Assembly: GCA_030167145.1 (NCBI GenBank)
Contig: CP126532.1
Span: 1,950,001 to 1,982,000 of the forward strand
Direction of reading: 5' to 3'
Source of the DNA: Ktedonobacterales bacterium
Lineage (GTDB): Bacteria > Chloroflexota > Ktedonobacteria > Ktedonobacterales > JADMIN01
DNA length: 32,000 nt
Shown here: piece by piece, positions 17,403 through 24,597 of the stretch
How positions within the stretch are numbered: the stretch's first letter is position 1
Layout of the letters: each line of letters opens with the position of its first letter
Translations under genes and position numbers: made by a program
The notes under the pieces: model-generated
Told to the model about the DNA's origin: nothing
What the model saw: the letters and a program-made list of their open reading frames with translations, nothing else
Database searches by the model: none

Positions 17403-20400
17403 TTAGCTGACGGCCACATCGTCGTAGAGGGTGTAGGTGGCGTCGCCAGCGTAGTTGTCGTCGTGGCTGGTGAGGGTGAGTGTCACCGAATGCCCCGCCG
17501 TCACACTGCCTGAGACTTTGACCCACGTGCCAGTGTTGGTGCAGGTCTTGGCGAGCAGTGTCGTGGTGGTGTTGGATGTGTTGTCCTTGAGCGTCACGGT
17601 CGCCCAGTCATAGGTGACGGTGTCGGGGCAGACGACCTTGTACCAGAACGAGATAGAGCTTGCCCCACTCGGAATGGTGAAGGTCTGGCTGATCGAGCTA
17701 TCGCCGTTGGTCGGCGAGGTGCTGCCCGCCTGCCCAGCATAGCTGCCCGAATGGCTGCTGGTGCTGATGCTGGTGGCCGCGCCCGAAGTCGTCCAGCCGC
17801 TGAAGGCGCCTGTCTCGAAGCCAGGATTGGTGACCGGGTTCGTAATCGGCGCGCTCAGGGCCACATCGTCGTAGAGGGTGTAGGTGGCGTCGCCAGCGTA
17901 GTTGTCGTCGTGGCTGGTGAGGGTGAGTGTCACCGAATGCCCCGCCGTCACACTGCCTGAGACTTTGACCCACGTGCCAGTGTTGGTGCAGGTCTTGGCG
18001 AGCAGTGTCGTGGTGGTGTTGGATGTGTTGTCCTTGAGCGTCACGGTCGCCCAGTCATAGGTGACGGTGTCGGGGCAAACAACCTTGTACCAGAAGGTCA
18101 GCGTGCCGCTGCCACTCGGAATGGTGAAGGTCTGGCTGATCGAGCTATCGCCGTTGGTCGGCGAGGTGCTGCCCGCCTGCCCAGCATAGCTGCCCGAATG
18201 GCTGCTGGTGCTGATGCTGGTGGCCGCGCCCGAAGTCGTCCAGCCGCTGAAGGCGCCTGTCTCGAAGCCGCCGTTGGTGATACCGCCGCCACTGCTCGTA
18301 ACCGTCACACTGACGGTGGCGCTATGGGTCGCGCTGCCCTCTGTGCCGGTGACAGTGACGGTATAGGCTCCGGTGGCGACCGAAGATCCGACGGAGACCG
18401 TCAAGGTTGAGGAGTTGCCTGCCGTTACCGAGGTTGGGCTAAGCGACGCCGTTGGGCCGCTGGGCGAGACGCTCGCCGTCAGGCTGACCGTACCCGCCGA
18501 GCCGCTGGTGACAGCGGTGCTAATCGTAGACGTGCCACTGCTCCCCTGTGCGATTGACAGGCTGGTTGGGCTGGAACTAATCGAGAAGTCGTTGGTTGGC
18601 GGCGCGGTCACGGTTACCGCAACCGTGGTGTTGTGCGTCGCGCTGCCCTCCGTGCCGGTGACCGTGACGGTGTAGCTGCCGGTAGCAACCGAAGAGCCGA
18701 CGTTCACCGTAAGTGTGGACGAGTTTCCTGCCGTCACCGAGGTTGGATTCAGTGTCGCTGTTGGGCCGCTGGGCGAGACGCTCGCCGTTAGGCTAACGGT
18801 TCCGGCTGAGCCGCTGGTGACAGCGGTGCTGATGGTGGACGTGCCGCTCCCGCCCTGCTGAATCGAGAGGCTGGTCGGGCTGGAGCTGATCGAGAAGTCG
18901 TTGGTCGTTGTTCCACCACAATTGGGAAACTTGAACGAGCCGATGCGCGTCTTCCAGTTGAAGCTGCCGTTGGATGGGATATATTCGTTGGTGTACCAGA
19001 AGGTGCAGTCGTCTGCGGGATCCACCGTCATGGCGCTGTAGTCACCCCAGCGGGTGAGGGTGCCGGTCTGGGATCCAGCACCGACGATGAGGCTGGTTTC
19101 ACCCTGCGACATTTGGCCGAGCGGATCACTCGCCAGTCTTCCGGTATAGCTGATGCCCGGATGCACCGAACTGCTGGAGAGGCTGAAGCCCATCGCCATA
19201 TCGCCGGATTGGTCCTGGGCGATGCTGCCCATCCAGCGATAGCCAGAGTCAGGGGCATAGGTGCCAGACTGGTAGACGGTGGGTGTGCCGCCGGGGCTGC
19301 GAATCTCGTACCAGCGCATGCCGACCGAACTGCCTGCCGTCACCGCGTGGTCAACGACGAGGGATTCGTAGCTGCCGAAGTTGCGATAGGAGAGACGATA
19401 CATGAGGCGGTCGGCGAGCGAATCGAGCTGGTTGGTGGTGCCAGACTGCGGGATGCAGGTGCCGCCGCCGCAGGCCTGGGCGTAGGAAGTCACCGCGATG
19501 CTCGATGGGCCGGTGAAGGTGGTGTTGGCTGGCGTGGTCCAGTCTACGTGGAACTTCCAGAACGCGAGCGAGGTGGTGGTACCCAGCGCCAGAACGTAGT
19601 TCGGCGCACCCGTTGGCGGGAGGGTTGAGCCGTCCAGGTTGGAGGCCAGCAAACCGCCGTAGCTGGTGCTGGTGGTGAAGCACTGCTGGGTGGCAGCGGC
19701 GCCGCTCAGCATTTGCGAGCGGTTGAAGGCGCAGTCTTGGGCGCCGAGGAAGCTGGTGCCAGCAGCGTTGAAGAGGTTGTAGGTTTCGTAGTAGGCGTCT
19801 GGCCAGACAGCCATCTTGGGGTAGTCGGGGAAGTTGGAATAGGAGAACGAGTAGCGGTAGTAGGAGCCAGTTGGGTCACTGGTAGTGGAGACCGCTACGC
19901 ACTGATAGAAGTTGGGGTCGGGGTTGGTGACGGCGAACTGGCTGATGATCCAGCGATTTGCGATGCCGTCATAGACGACGGTAGGATCGCCGTCGTTGTC
20001 GGTCTGGCAGAGGCCGCCGAAGCCACTCCAGAGGGTGTTGATCGCAACCGGGCCGTAGCGCACAGAGCCGACCGCGCCACGTGAGGCGTCTTTGTTGAAG
20101 ACTGCGAAGTCGGTGTTGACGGTCTGTACGTAGTCTTGTGGGCCAACCGCGCCGTTGGTGTCGGGCGGGGCGGATGCGACAGTGAAGGTGCCGTTGGGGC
20201 CAGAGAAGCCGTTGCCGACGCCGTCGAAGTTATTTGAGGCTGTGGGCGCGGCTAGAGTGCCGATGTGGGTTTGGAGATACGACTTGATGTGGTTGGGCTT
20301 GCCGCGATGGACAGGCGCCAGCGTGGGGAAGTCGTCGGCGTTGTGGCCGTCGCCCTTCCAGGGCTTGCCGGGAATGGTTCGCAATGCTGGCGAGAGATCA

Positions 20401-20558
20401 TTCTTGACGGACTTGCTGACGACAGGGTGTGAGTGCTTCGGAGCCGATGTTGTTGCCGGGCGCCCGAAGACGAGTGCGGGGGTAATGAGCAGAACGCTCA
20501 GCGCCATCAATGCGCTGGCGACAATCAAAGAAATGCGTAGTGAAGTTCGTCGCTTCAT
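17403..20558 (-). CDS. secreted multidomain protein: unrecognised ~520-aa N-terminal domain, 2 Ig-like repeats, 2 tandem beta-sandwich (CBM-like) modules
   Basis: Signal peptide [32 protein letters not shown]. The N-terminal domain has DP-V-YD---RW and WGDYS motifs suggestive of a beta-propeller. There are two NDFSISSSPTSLSI...[13 protein letters not shown] repeats and two ~149-aa NGGFETGAFSGW...YTLYDDVA repeats. Confidence 0.85.
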   Translation of the reverse strand: MKRRTSLRISLIVASALMALSVLLITPALVFGRPATTSAPKHSHPVVSKSVKNDLSPALRTIPGKPWKGDGHNADDFPTLAPVHRGKPNHIKSYLQTHIGTLAAPTASNNFDGVGNGFSGPNGTFTVASAPPDTNGAVGPQDYVQTVNTDFAVFNKDASRGAVGSVRYGPVAINTLWSGFGGLCQTDNDGDPTVVYDGIANRWIISQFAVTNPDPNFYQCVAVSTTSDPTGSYYRYSFSYSNFPDYPKMAVWPDAYYETYNLFNAAGTSFLGAQDCAFNRSQMLSGAAATQQCFTTSTSYGGLLASNLDGSTLPPTGAPNYVLALGTTTSLAFWKFHVDWTTPANTTFTGPSSIAVTSYAQACGGGTCIPQSGTTNQLDSLADRLMYRLSYRNFGSYESLVVDHAVTAGSSVGMRWYEIRSPGGTPTVYQSGTYAPDSGYRWMGSIAQDQSGDMAMGFSLSSSSVHPGISYTGRLASDPLGQMSQGETSLIVGAGSQTGTLTRWGDYSAMTVDPADDCTFWYTNEYIPSNGSFNWKTRIGSFKFPNCGGTTTNDFSISSSPTSLSIQQGGSGTSTISTAVTSGSAGTVSLTASVSPSGPTATLNPTSVTAGNSSTLTVNVGSSVATGSYTVTVTGTEGSATHNTTVAVTVTAPPTNDFSISSSPTSLSIAQGSSGTSTISTAVTSGSAGTVSLTASVSPSGPTASLSPTSVTAGNSSTLTVSVGSSVATGAYTVTVTGTEGSATHSATVSVTVTSSGGGITNGGFETGAFSGWTTSGAATSISTSSHSGSYAGQAGSTSPTNGDSSISQTFTIPSGSGTLTFWYKVVCPDTVTYDWATVTLKDNTSNTTTTLLAKTCTNTGTWVKVSGSVTAGHSVTLTLTSHDDNYAGDATYTLYDDVALSAPITNPVTNPGFETGAFSGWTTSGAATSISTSSHSGSYAGQAGSTSPTNGDSSISQTFTIPSGASSISFWYKVVCPDTVTYDWATVTLKDNTSNTTTTLLAKTCTNTGTWVKVSGSVTAGHSVTLTLTSHDDNYAGDATYTLYDDVAVS
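17412..18269. repeat. 447-bp-period tandem duplication inside the 1051-aa gene
   Basis: 17412-17822 and 17859-18269 are identical by eye, apart from two single substitutions and one ~22-nt patch (17647-17668 versus 18094-18115). Confidence 0.9.
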
Positions 20559-20893
20559 TCCTCACCTCAAACTCGCGTTGCACGGCAACACCGTCGTCGC
20601 CGTGTCAGGGGCCGCCATCCTTCCAGGGGGGAGTGGCACACCGATGTGCCAACCCGCCCGTGGCAAGAGATTTCCATGCGCCAGGGGTTTGGGTCTATGC
20701 CGAGGGAATGCGCGAGGGTGTGTTGAGTGGCCGCCCCTCCTCTCCACCTGCCCACCAGCCGTCCCGACCCACCCGCGGGACGCGCTCAGTACTCGTCGCG
20801 TCTGCCGTGCCCGCAAACATACGCGGATGCGCAGCTTCTATTGGCCAGAATGCCGAAAGAGTGCTACGTATTCTTGTACAGACGACACAAGAA
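20559..20893 (-). promoter_or_regulatory. long 5' leader of the 1051-aa gene; the 3' 189 nt (20559-20747) are conserved with 16744-16930
   Basis: See 16744-17079. The upstream ~145 nt of the leader are only loosely similar between the two copies. Confidence 0.6.
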
Positions 20894-20921
20894 AGTATAC
20901 TGATGGAGTGCAGATTGTCAA
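20894..20921 (-). promoter_or_regulatory. sigma70-type promoter TTGACA-16 nt-TATACT for the 1051-aa gene
   Basis: On the minus strand the -35 is at 20916-20921 and the -10 at 20894-20899. Confidence 0.65.
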
Positions 20922-20950
20922 GGAGTCGTAAATACGTGACATAATCGCGA

Positions 20951-21095
20951 GCGGGCGATTGAAACCGCGCAGAGGGCGAGGCCAGCCTCGCCCCTACGAT
21001 GGCATGCCGCCGCGAGAGCACCGGCTGCGCGAGCTGAAAATGAAGCGGGTGTGTGCGGCAATTGGCAAAAGTGCATTATGGCCGCAGCACGGCGG
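20951..21095. repeat. mosaic of dispersed short repeats
   Basis: GCGGGCGATTGAAACCGCGC (20951-20970) matches 29856-29875 at 19/20. The GGGCGAGGC-CA-GCCTCGCCC hairpin is related to 24421-24456. GCAATTGGCAAAAGTGCATTATGGCCGCAGCAC is related to 29935-29970. Confidence 0.8.
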
Positions 21096-21105
21096 TGGGT
21101 GTGGC

Positions 21106-21134
21106 TTGACGGTGGGGGGCGCAGGTGCTACACT
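21106..21134 (+). promoter_or_regulatory. putative tRNA-Val promoter TTGACG-17 nt-TACACT
   Basis: -35 at 21106-21111 and -10 at 21129-21134, 15 nt before the mature tRNA 5' end. Confidence 0.5.
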
Positions 21135-21148
21135 GTTTCTTGCATTGA

Positions 21149-21225
21149 GGGCGATTAGCTCAGTTGGTTAGAGCGCCACGTTGACATCGTGGAGGTCGGG
21201 GATTCGAGCTCCTCATCGCCCACCA
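21149..21225 (+). tRNA. tRNA-Val: tRNA-Val (anticodon GAC) with encoded CCA
   Basis: Cloverleaf: acceptor GGGCGAT/ATCGCCC, D-arm GCTC-AGTTGGTTA-GAGC, anticodon stem CCACG/CGTGG with loop TTGACAT, T-arm GGGGA-TTCGAGC-TCCTC, then ACCA. Confidence 0.95.
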
Positions 21226-21236
21226 GAAATCTTGAG

Positions 21237-21268
21237 AGCCGCCGGGGAAGCACCCTGGCGGCTTTGTG
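21237..21268 (+). terminator. terminator hairpin after tRNA-Val
   Basis: AGCCGCCGGGG-AAGCA-CCCTGGCGGCT followed by TTGTGG. Confidence 0.55.
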
Positions 21269-21335
21269 GTATGCTGAGGTCACGCTCGGTGATCACTACG
21301 GTTGCGGCACGACTGACGAGATGGGAGGCACGAAC

Positions 21336-21617
21336 ATGAGCCATACAGTTCAGGTGCCTGACGAGCTATATGACAAACTCGCCAGCTATGCGAGAGAGCA
21401 GGGTTCGACACCTGACGATATGCTGATTGCCTGGGTAGCTGAGATTGTGCGGCGGACGGAAGAGCGTCAAGCGCGCCAGGAGGAAGCGGAAGAAGTGGCG
21501 GACGATCCCATCGCGCCGTTCATTGGCGCATTCACGTTTGGTGTGGGCGACCTGGCCGAGCGGCATGATAGCTATCTGGCGGAGGGTTATGCGAACACAC
21601 GTGAGCCTGGAGAGTAG
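21336..21617 (+). CDS. VapB-like antitoxin
   Basis: 93-aa ORF MSHTVQVPDELYDKLASYAREQGSTPDDMLIAWV... with a GGGAGG SD. It overlaps the start of the downstream PIN gene. Confidence 0.65.
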   Translation: MSHTVQVPDELYDKLASYAREQGSTPDDMLIAWVAEIVRRTEERQARQEEAEEVADDPIAPFIGAFTFGVGDLAERHDSYLAEGYANTREPGE

Positions 21618-22029
21618 TATCTTCGTTGATACGTCAGGATGGGTGAGTCTCATCGGCGAAGATGAGACATTTCACGATGAGATTACGGCTATCTATCAGG
21701 AAGCGATGCGGCAGAGATGCCGTTTGATCACCACCAACTATATCGTGACCGAAGTGGTGGCGCTGCTGACCAATCGCCCAATTGTTCCGCGTCAACGCAT
21801 GATTGCCTTTGTGGACGCGCTGAAAGCCGCGCCGCATGTGCAGATCGAGTTTGTTGATCGCGCCATAGATGATGTTGCCTGGGTGCGTATCAAGGAACGA
21901 TCAGAACGAGATTGGTCGTTGGTGGATGCGAGCAGCTTCATTTTGATGGAGCAGTTCAACGTCATCCAGGCATTGACGCTGGACCACCATTTTGAGCAGG
22001 CTGGATTCATTCGATTGCCCACTCCATAG
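21589..22029 (+). CDS. vapC: PIN-domain toxin (VapC family)
   Basis: The acidic PIN residues are in the expected order: IFVDTSGW, VTEVV, LVDASSF, TLDHHF. The start is ATG 21589 or GTG 21601, overlapping the antitoxin stop. Confidence 0.8.
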   Translation: MRTHVSLESSIFVDTSGWVSLIGEDETFHDEITAIYQEAMRQRCRLITTNYIVTEVVALLTNRPIVPRQRMIAFVDALKAAPHVQIEFVDRAIDDVAWVRIKERSERDWSLVDASSFILMEQFNVIQALTLDHHFEQAGFIRLPTP

Positions 22030-22062
22030 AGACCGATTAATTTTCAGTGCTATTGACCGCGC

Positions 22063-22091
22063 TTGACATAGCGGCGGCAATGGCCTATAAC
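22063..22091 (+). promoter_or_regulatory. near-consensus promoter TTGACA-17 nt-TATAAC
   Basis: -35 at 22063-22068 and -10 at 22086-22091, about 240 nt upstream of the beta-ureidopropionase gene. Confidence 0.5.
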
Positions 22092-22110
22092 GAGGGATAT
22101 TCCGCTGTAT

Positions 22111-22135
22111 CGCCAGCCAGGTAGCTGGCGGTTTT
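22111..22135 (+). terminator. hairpin plus T-tract, either the vapC terminator or a leader attenuator
   Basis: CGCCAGC-CAGGTA-GCTGGCG followed by GTTTT. It lies about 20 nt downstream of the predicted -10. Confidence 0.45.
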
Positions 22136-22328
22136 CCATTTGTTGCCCACCAGAGACGACGGACTGTTGCCGTTGGTTCCTCTAGATTTTCCTCAGAGCT
22201 ATACCGTTTCGCGTGGTAGTCCGGTATTGGGTTTCTGCGATGTGACTCGCCGGGGTGCCGCCGCTGATGACGTTTTGCGTATGGTCGTCAGGTGATTGCT
22301 TGTTGGCAATCGCGGGAGGAGAAGCTTT

Positions 22329-23165
22329 ATGACGGTGGTACGAAGCGCGCTGATCCAGACGTATGGCAGCATGAGCATGGCAGAGAATGTGGAGCGGCAG
22401 ATCGGGCTGATCGAGCAGGCCGCTGAGCGGGGGGCGCAGATTACTTGTCTGCAAGAACTGGCGACGGGGCCATATTTCTGCCAAGTGCAGGACGCGAAGT
22501 TTTACGAGTTTGCGGAGCCCGTGCCGGATGGGCCGACGATTACACGGCTGCGCGAAGTGGCGAAGAAGCATGAGATGGTGCTGGTCGCGCCGGTGTATGA
22601 GATGGAGCAGGAGGGGGTGTATTACAACACCGCCGCGGTAATAGACGCGGATGGCAGCTACCTGGGCAAGTATCGCAAGACGCACATTCCGCAGGTGCAG
22701 GGGTTTTGGGAGAAGTTTTACTTCCGGCCGGGGAATCTGGGCTATCCGGTGTTCCAGACGCGATACGCGAAGGTCGGGGTGTATATCTGCTATGACCGGC
22801 ATTTCCCGGAGGGTGCGCGGTGCCTGGGACTGAACGGGGCGGAGATTGTGTACATTCCGTCGGCGACCTCGCGCGGGCTTTCGATGCACCTGTGGAAGAT
22901 CGAGCAGGTGTCGCACGCGATTGCCAATGGCTATTGGGTGGGGACGATCAATCGCGTGGGCGTGGAGCCGCTGGGGGAGAACGATTTTTACGGCACGAGC
23001 TATTTTGTCAACGCGCGGGGCGAGATCGTGGCGGAGGCGAGCGACAAGGAAGAGGAAGTGCTGGTGGCGGACCTGGACCTGGAGAAGAACCGCGAAGTGC
23101 GGCATACCTGGCAGTTTTATCGCGACCGCAGGCCGGATCAATATGGTCCGATTGTGGCGAGCTAA
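22329..23165 (+). CDS. CN-hydrolase: beta-ureidopropionase / N-carbamoyl-amino-acid amidohydrolase
   Basis: Glu-Lys-Cys triad contexts CLQELATGPYF, YRKTHIP and VYICYDRHFPE. GGGAGGAG SD before the ATG at 22329. Confidence 0.85.
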   Translation: MTVVRSALIQTYGSMSMAENVERQIGLIEQAAERGAQITCLQELATGPYFCQVQDAKFYEFAEPVPDGPTITRLREVAKKHEMVLVAPVYEMEQEGVYYNTAAVIDADGSYLGKYRKTHIPQVQGFWEKFYFRPGNLGYPVFQTRYAKVGVYICYDRHFPEGARCLGLNGAEIVYIPSATSRGLSMHLWKIEQVSHAIANGYWVGTINRVGVEPLGENDFYGTSYFVNARGEIVAEASDKEEEVLVADLDLEKNREVRHTWQFYRDRRPDQYGPIVAS

Positions 23166-23258
23166 CTGACGGGTGATCGGTCACCGTCCGCCAGCGTGTA
23201 AGCGCGGGTTGGTGGGCGGATGGGTCGTCGTTCGAGAGAGAAGGCGGGAGCGTGTGCC

Positions 23259-24323
23259 ATGCTTCGCTTCGGAATCACGATCAAACCAGATATGACGCCC
23301 GCGCGGGTGGCGGCGCTGGCGCGGCAGGCGGAGGGGGTGGGGTTCGACTACGGCTGGGTCTTCGATTCGCATGTGCTGTGGATGGAGCCGTATCCGCTGC
23401 TGACGATGATGGCGCTGAATACGAAGCGGATGCGGCTGGGCACGTGCGTGACGAATCCAGCGGTGCGCGATACGACGGTGACGGCGAGCGCGCTGGCGAC
23501 ACTGAATCTGATCTCCGGCGGGCGGATGATGCTGGGCATCGGGCGGGGTGATAGCTCGCGGCGGGTGCTGGGCAAGAAGCCGACAACGCTGGTGGATCTG
23601 GAAGCGGCGGTGACGCGGATTCGCACGCTGACGAGCGGGCAGCCGGCGGACTATGACGGCGAGGCGGTGCAACTGGAATGGGCGCACGGAGAGTTGCCGG
23701 TGTGGATGGCCGGATATGGCCCGAAGGCGCTGCATTTGACGGGGCGTATCGCCGATGGGGTGATTCTCCAGTTCGCGGACCCGCATCTGATCAAGTGGTG
23801 CCTGGGATTCGTACATGAGGGCGCGCGGGCGGCGGGGCGCGACCCGGCGGAGATTGCGGTGATGGCGGCGGCGCCGGTGTGGGTGTCGGATGATCTGGCG
23901 GCAGCGCGCGAGCATGTGCGCTGGTTCCCGGCGCTGGTGTCGAATCATGTGATGGATCTGGTGGCGCGCTATGATCCGTCGGAGTTGCCAGCGGAACTGA
24001 CGGCGTATGTGCGGAACCGCGACGGGTACGATTACCACCACCATGCCGAGGTGGGCAGCGACAACGCGGAGTTTGTATCGGATGATGTGGTTGATCGCTT
24101 CTGCATCGTCGGGCCGGTGGAGGAGCATAGGCGCAAGCTGCGCGAACTGGCGGGGCTGGGCGTGGGACAGTTCAATATTTATCTGATGAGCGGCGATGAA
24201 GAGGCGACACTCGATATCTATGGGCGCGAGGTGCTGCCGGAGTTCGCGGCGGCGCGGCAGGGGTCCGCGAAGCCGAAGGCGCGGAACGGGAAACGTGCGA
24301 CGGCGACAAGCTCCCGGACATGA
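23259..24323 (+). CDS. LLM-class (luciferase-like, Mer-like) flavin/F420-dependent oxidoreductase
   Basis: MLRFGITIKPD...GFDYGWVFDSHVLW...RLGTCVTNPAVRDTTVTASALATLNLISGGRMMLGIGRGDS is typical of the LLM family. ATG at 23259. Confidence 0.8.
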   Translation: MLRFGITIKPDMTPARVAALARQAEGVGFDYGWVFDSHVLWMEPYPLLTMMALNTKRMRLGTCVTNPAVRDTTVTASALATLNLISGGRMMLGIGRGDSSRRVLGKKPTTLVDLEAAVTRIRTLTSGQPADYDGEAVQLEWAHGELPVWMAGYGPKALHLTGRIADGVILQFADPHLIKWCLGFVHEGARAAGRDPAEIAVMAAAPVWVSDDLAAAREHVRWFPALVSNHVMDLVARYDPSELPAELTAYVRNRDGYDYHHHAEVGSDNAEFVSDDVVDRFCIVGPVEEHRRKLRELAGLGVGQFNIYLMSGDEEATLDIYGREVLPEFAAARQGSAKPKARNGKRATATSSRT

Positions 24324-24489
24324 ATGGCCGGAGCACAACCGAGGGTGGCCCGCCTCGGCCATAAATTGCCGGAGCACACCCGATGGGCATAAATGCCGCA
24401 GAGCGGGCGGGCGGATGAAGCCCCGCAGGGGCGAGGCCTGCCTCGCCCCTGCGGGGGATGTGGCAGGCAGACAAGAATGTCCGCCCCAC
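24324..24489. repeat. dispersed-repeat mosaic inside the operon gap
   Basis: ATGGCCGGAGCACAACCG (24324-24341) matches 29957-29974 at 18/18. A perfect 17-bp inverted repeat CCCCGCAGGGGCGAGGC-CT-GCCTCGCCCCTGCGGGG lies at 24421-24456. GGCAGGCAGACAAGAATGTCCGCCCCAC lies at 24462-24489. Confidence 0.85.
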
Positions 24490-24597
24490 TCGTGGCCACG
24501 AAACCTACTATCGCGGGTTTGTCGAGCGAAGAGGATACGAGAAGACGTTAGGTGATGTACGTGTTGCGGGTCATGTAGGCTCGATGGAGGTGTAGCC

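Noticed and set aside
17412-18269. A diversity-generating retroelement (template and variable repeat) as an explanation for the clustered differences between the tandem copies.
   Set aside because: There is no reverse transcriptase or accessory gene nearby. The substitutions in the patch are not restricted to adenine positions of one copy, and both copies are in-frame parts of the same ORF.
13927-20558. The two large secreted-protein genes as a toxin-delivery or polymorphic-toxin locus.
   Set aside because: No secretion-system genes, immunity-like small ORFs or recognisable toxin C-termini are present. The architecture fits ordinary Sec-exported extracellular enzymes.
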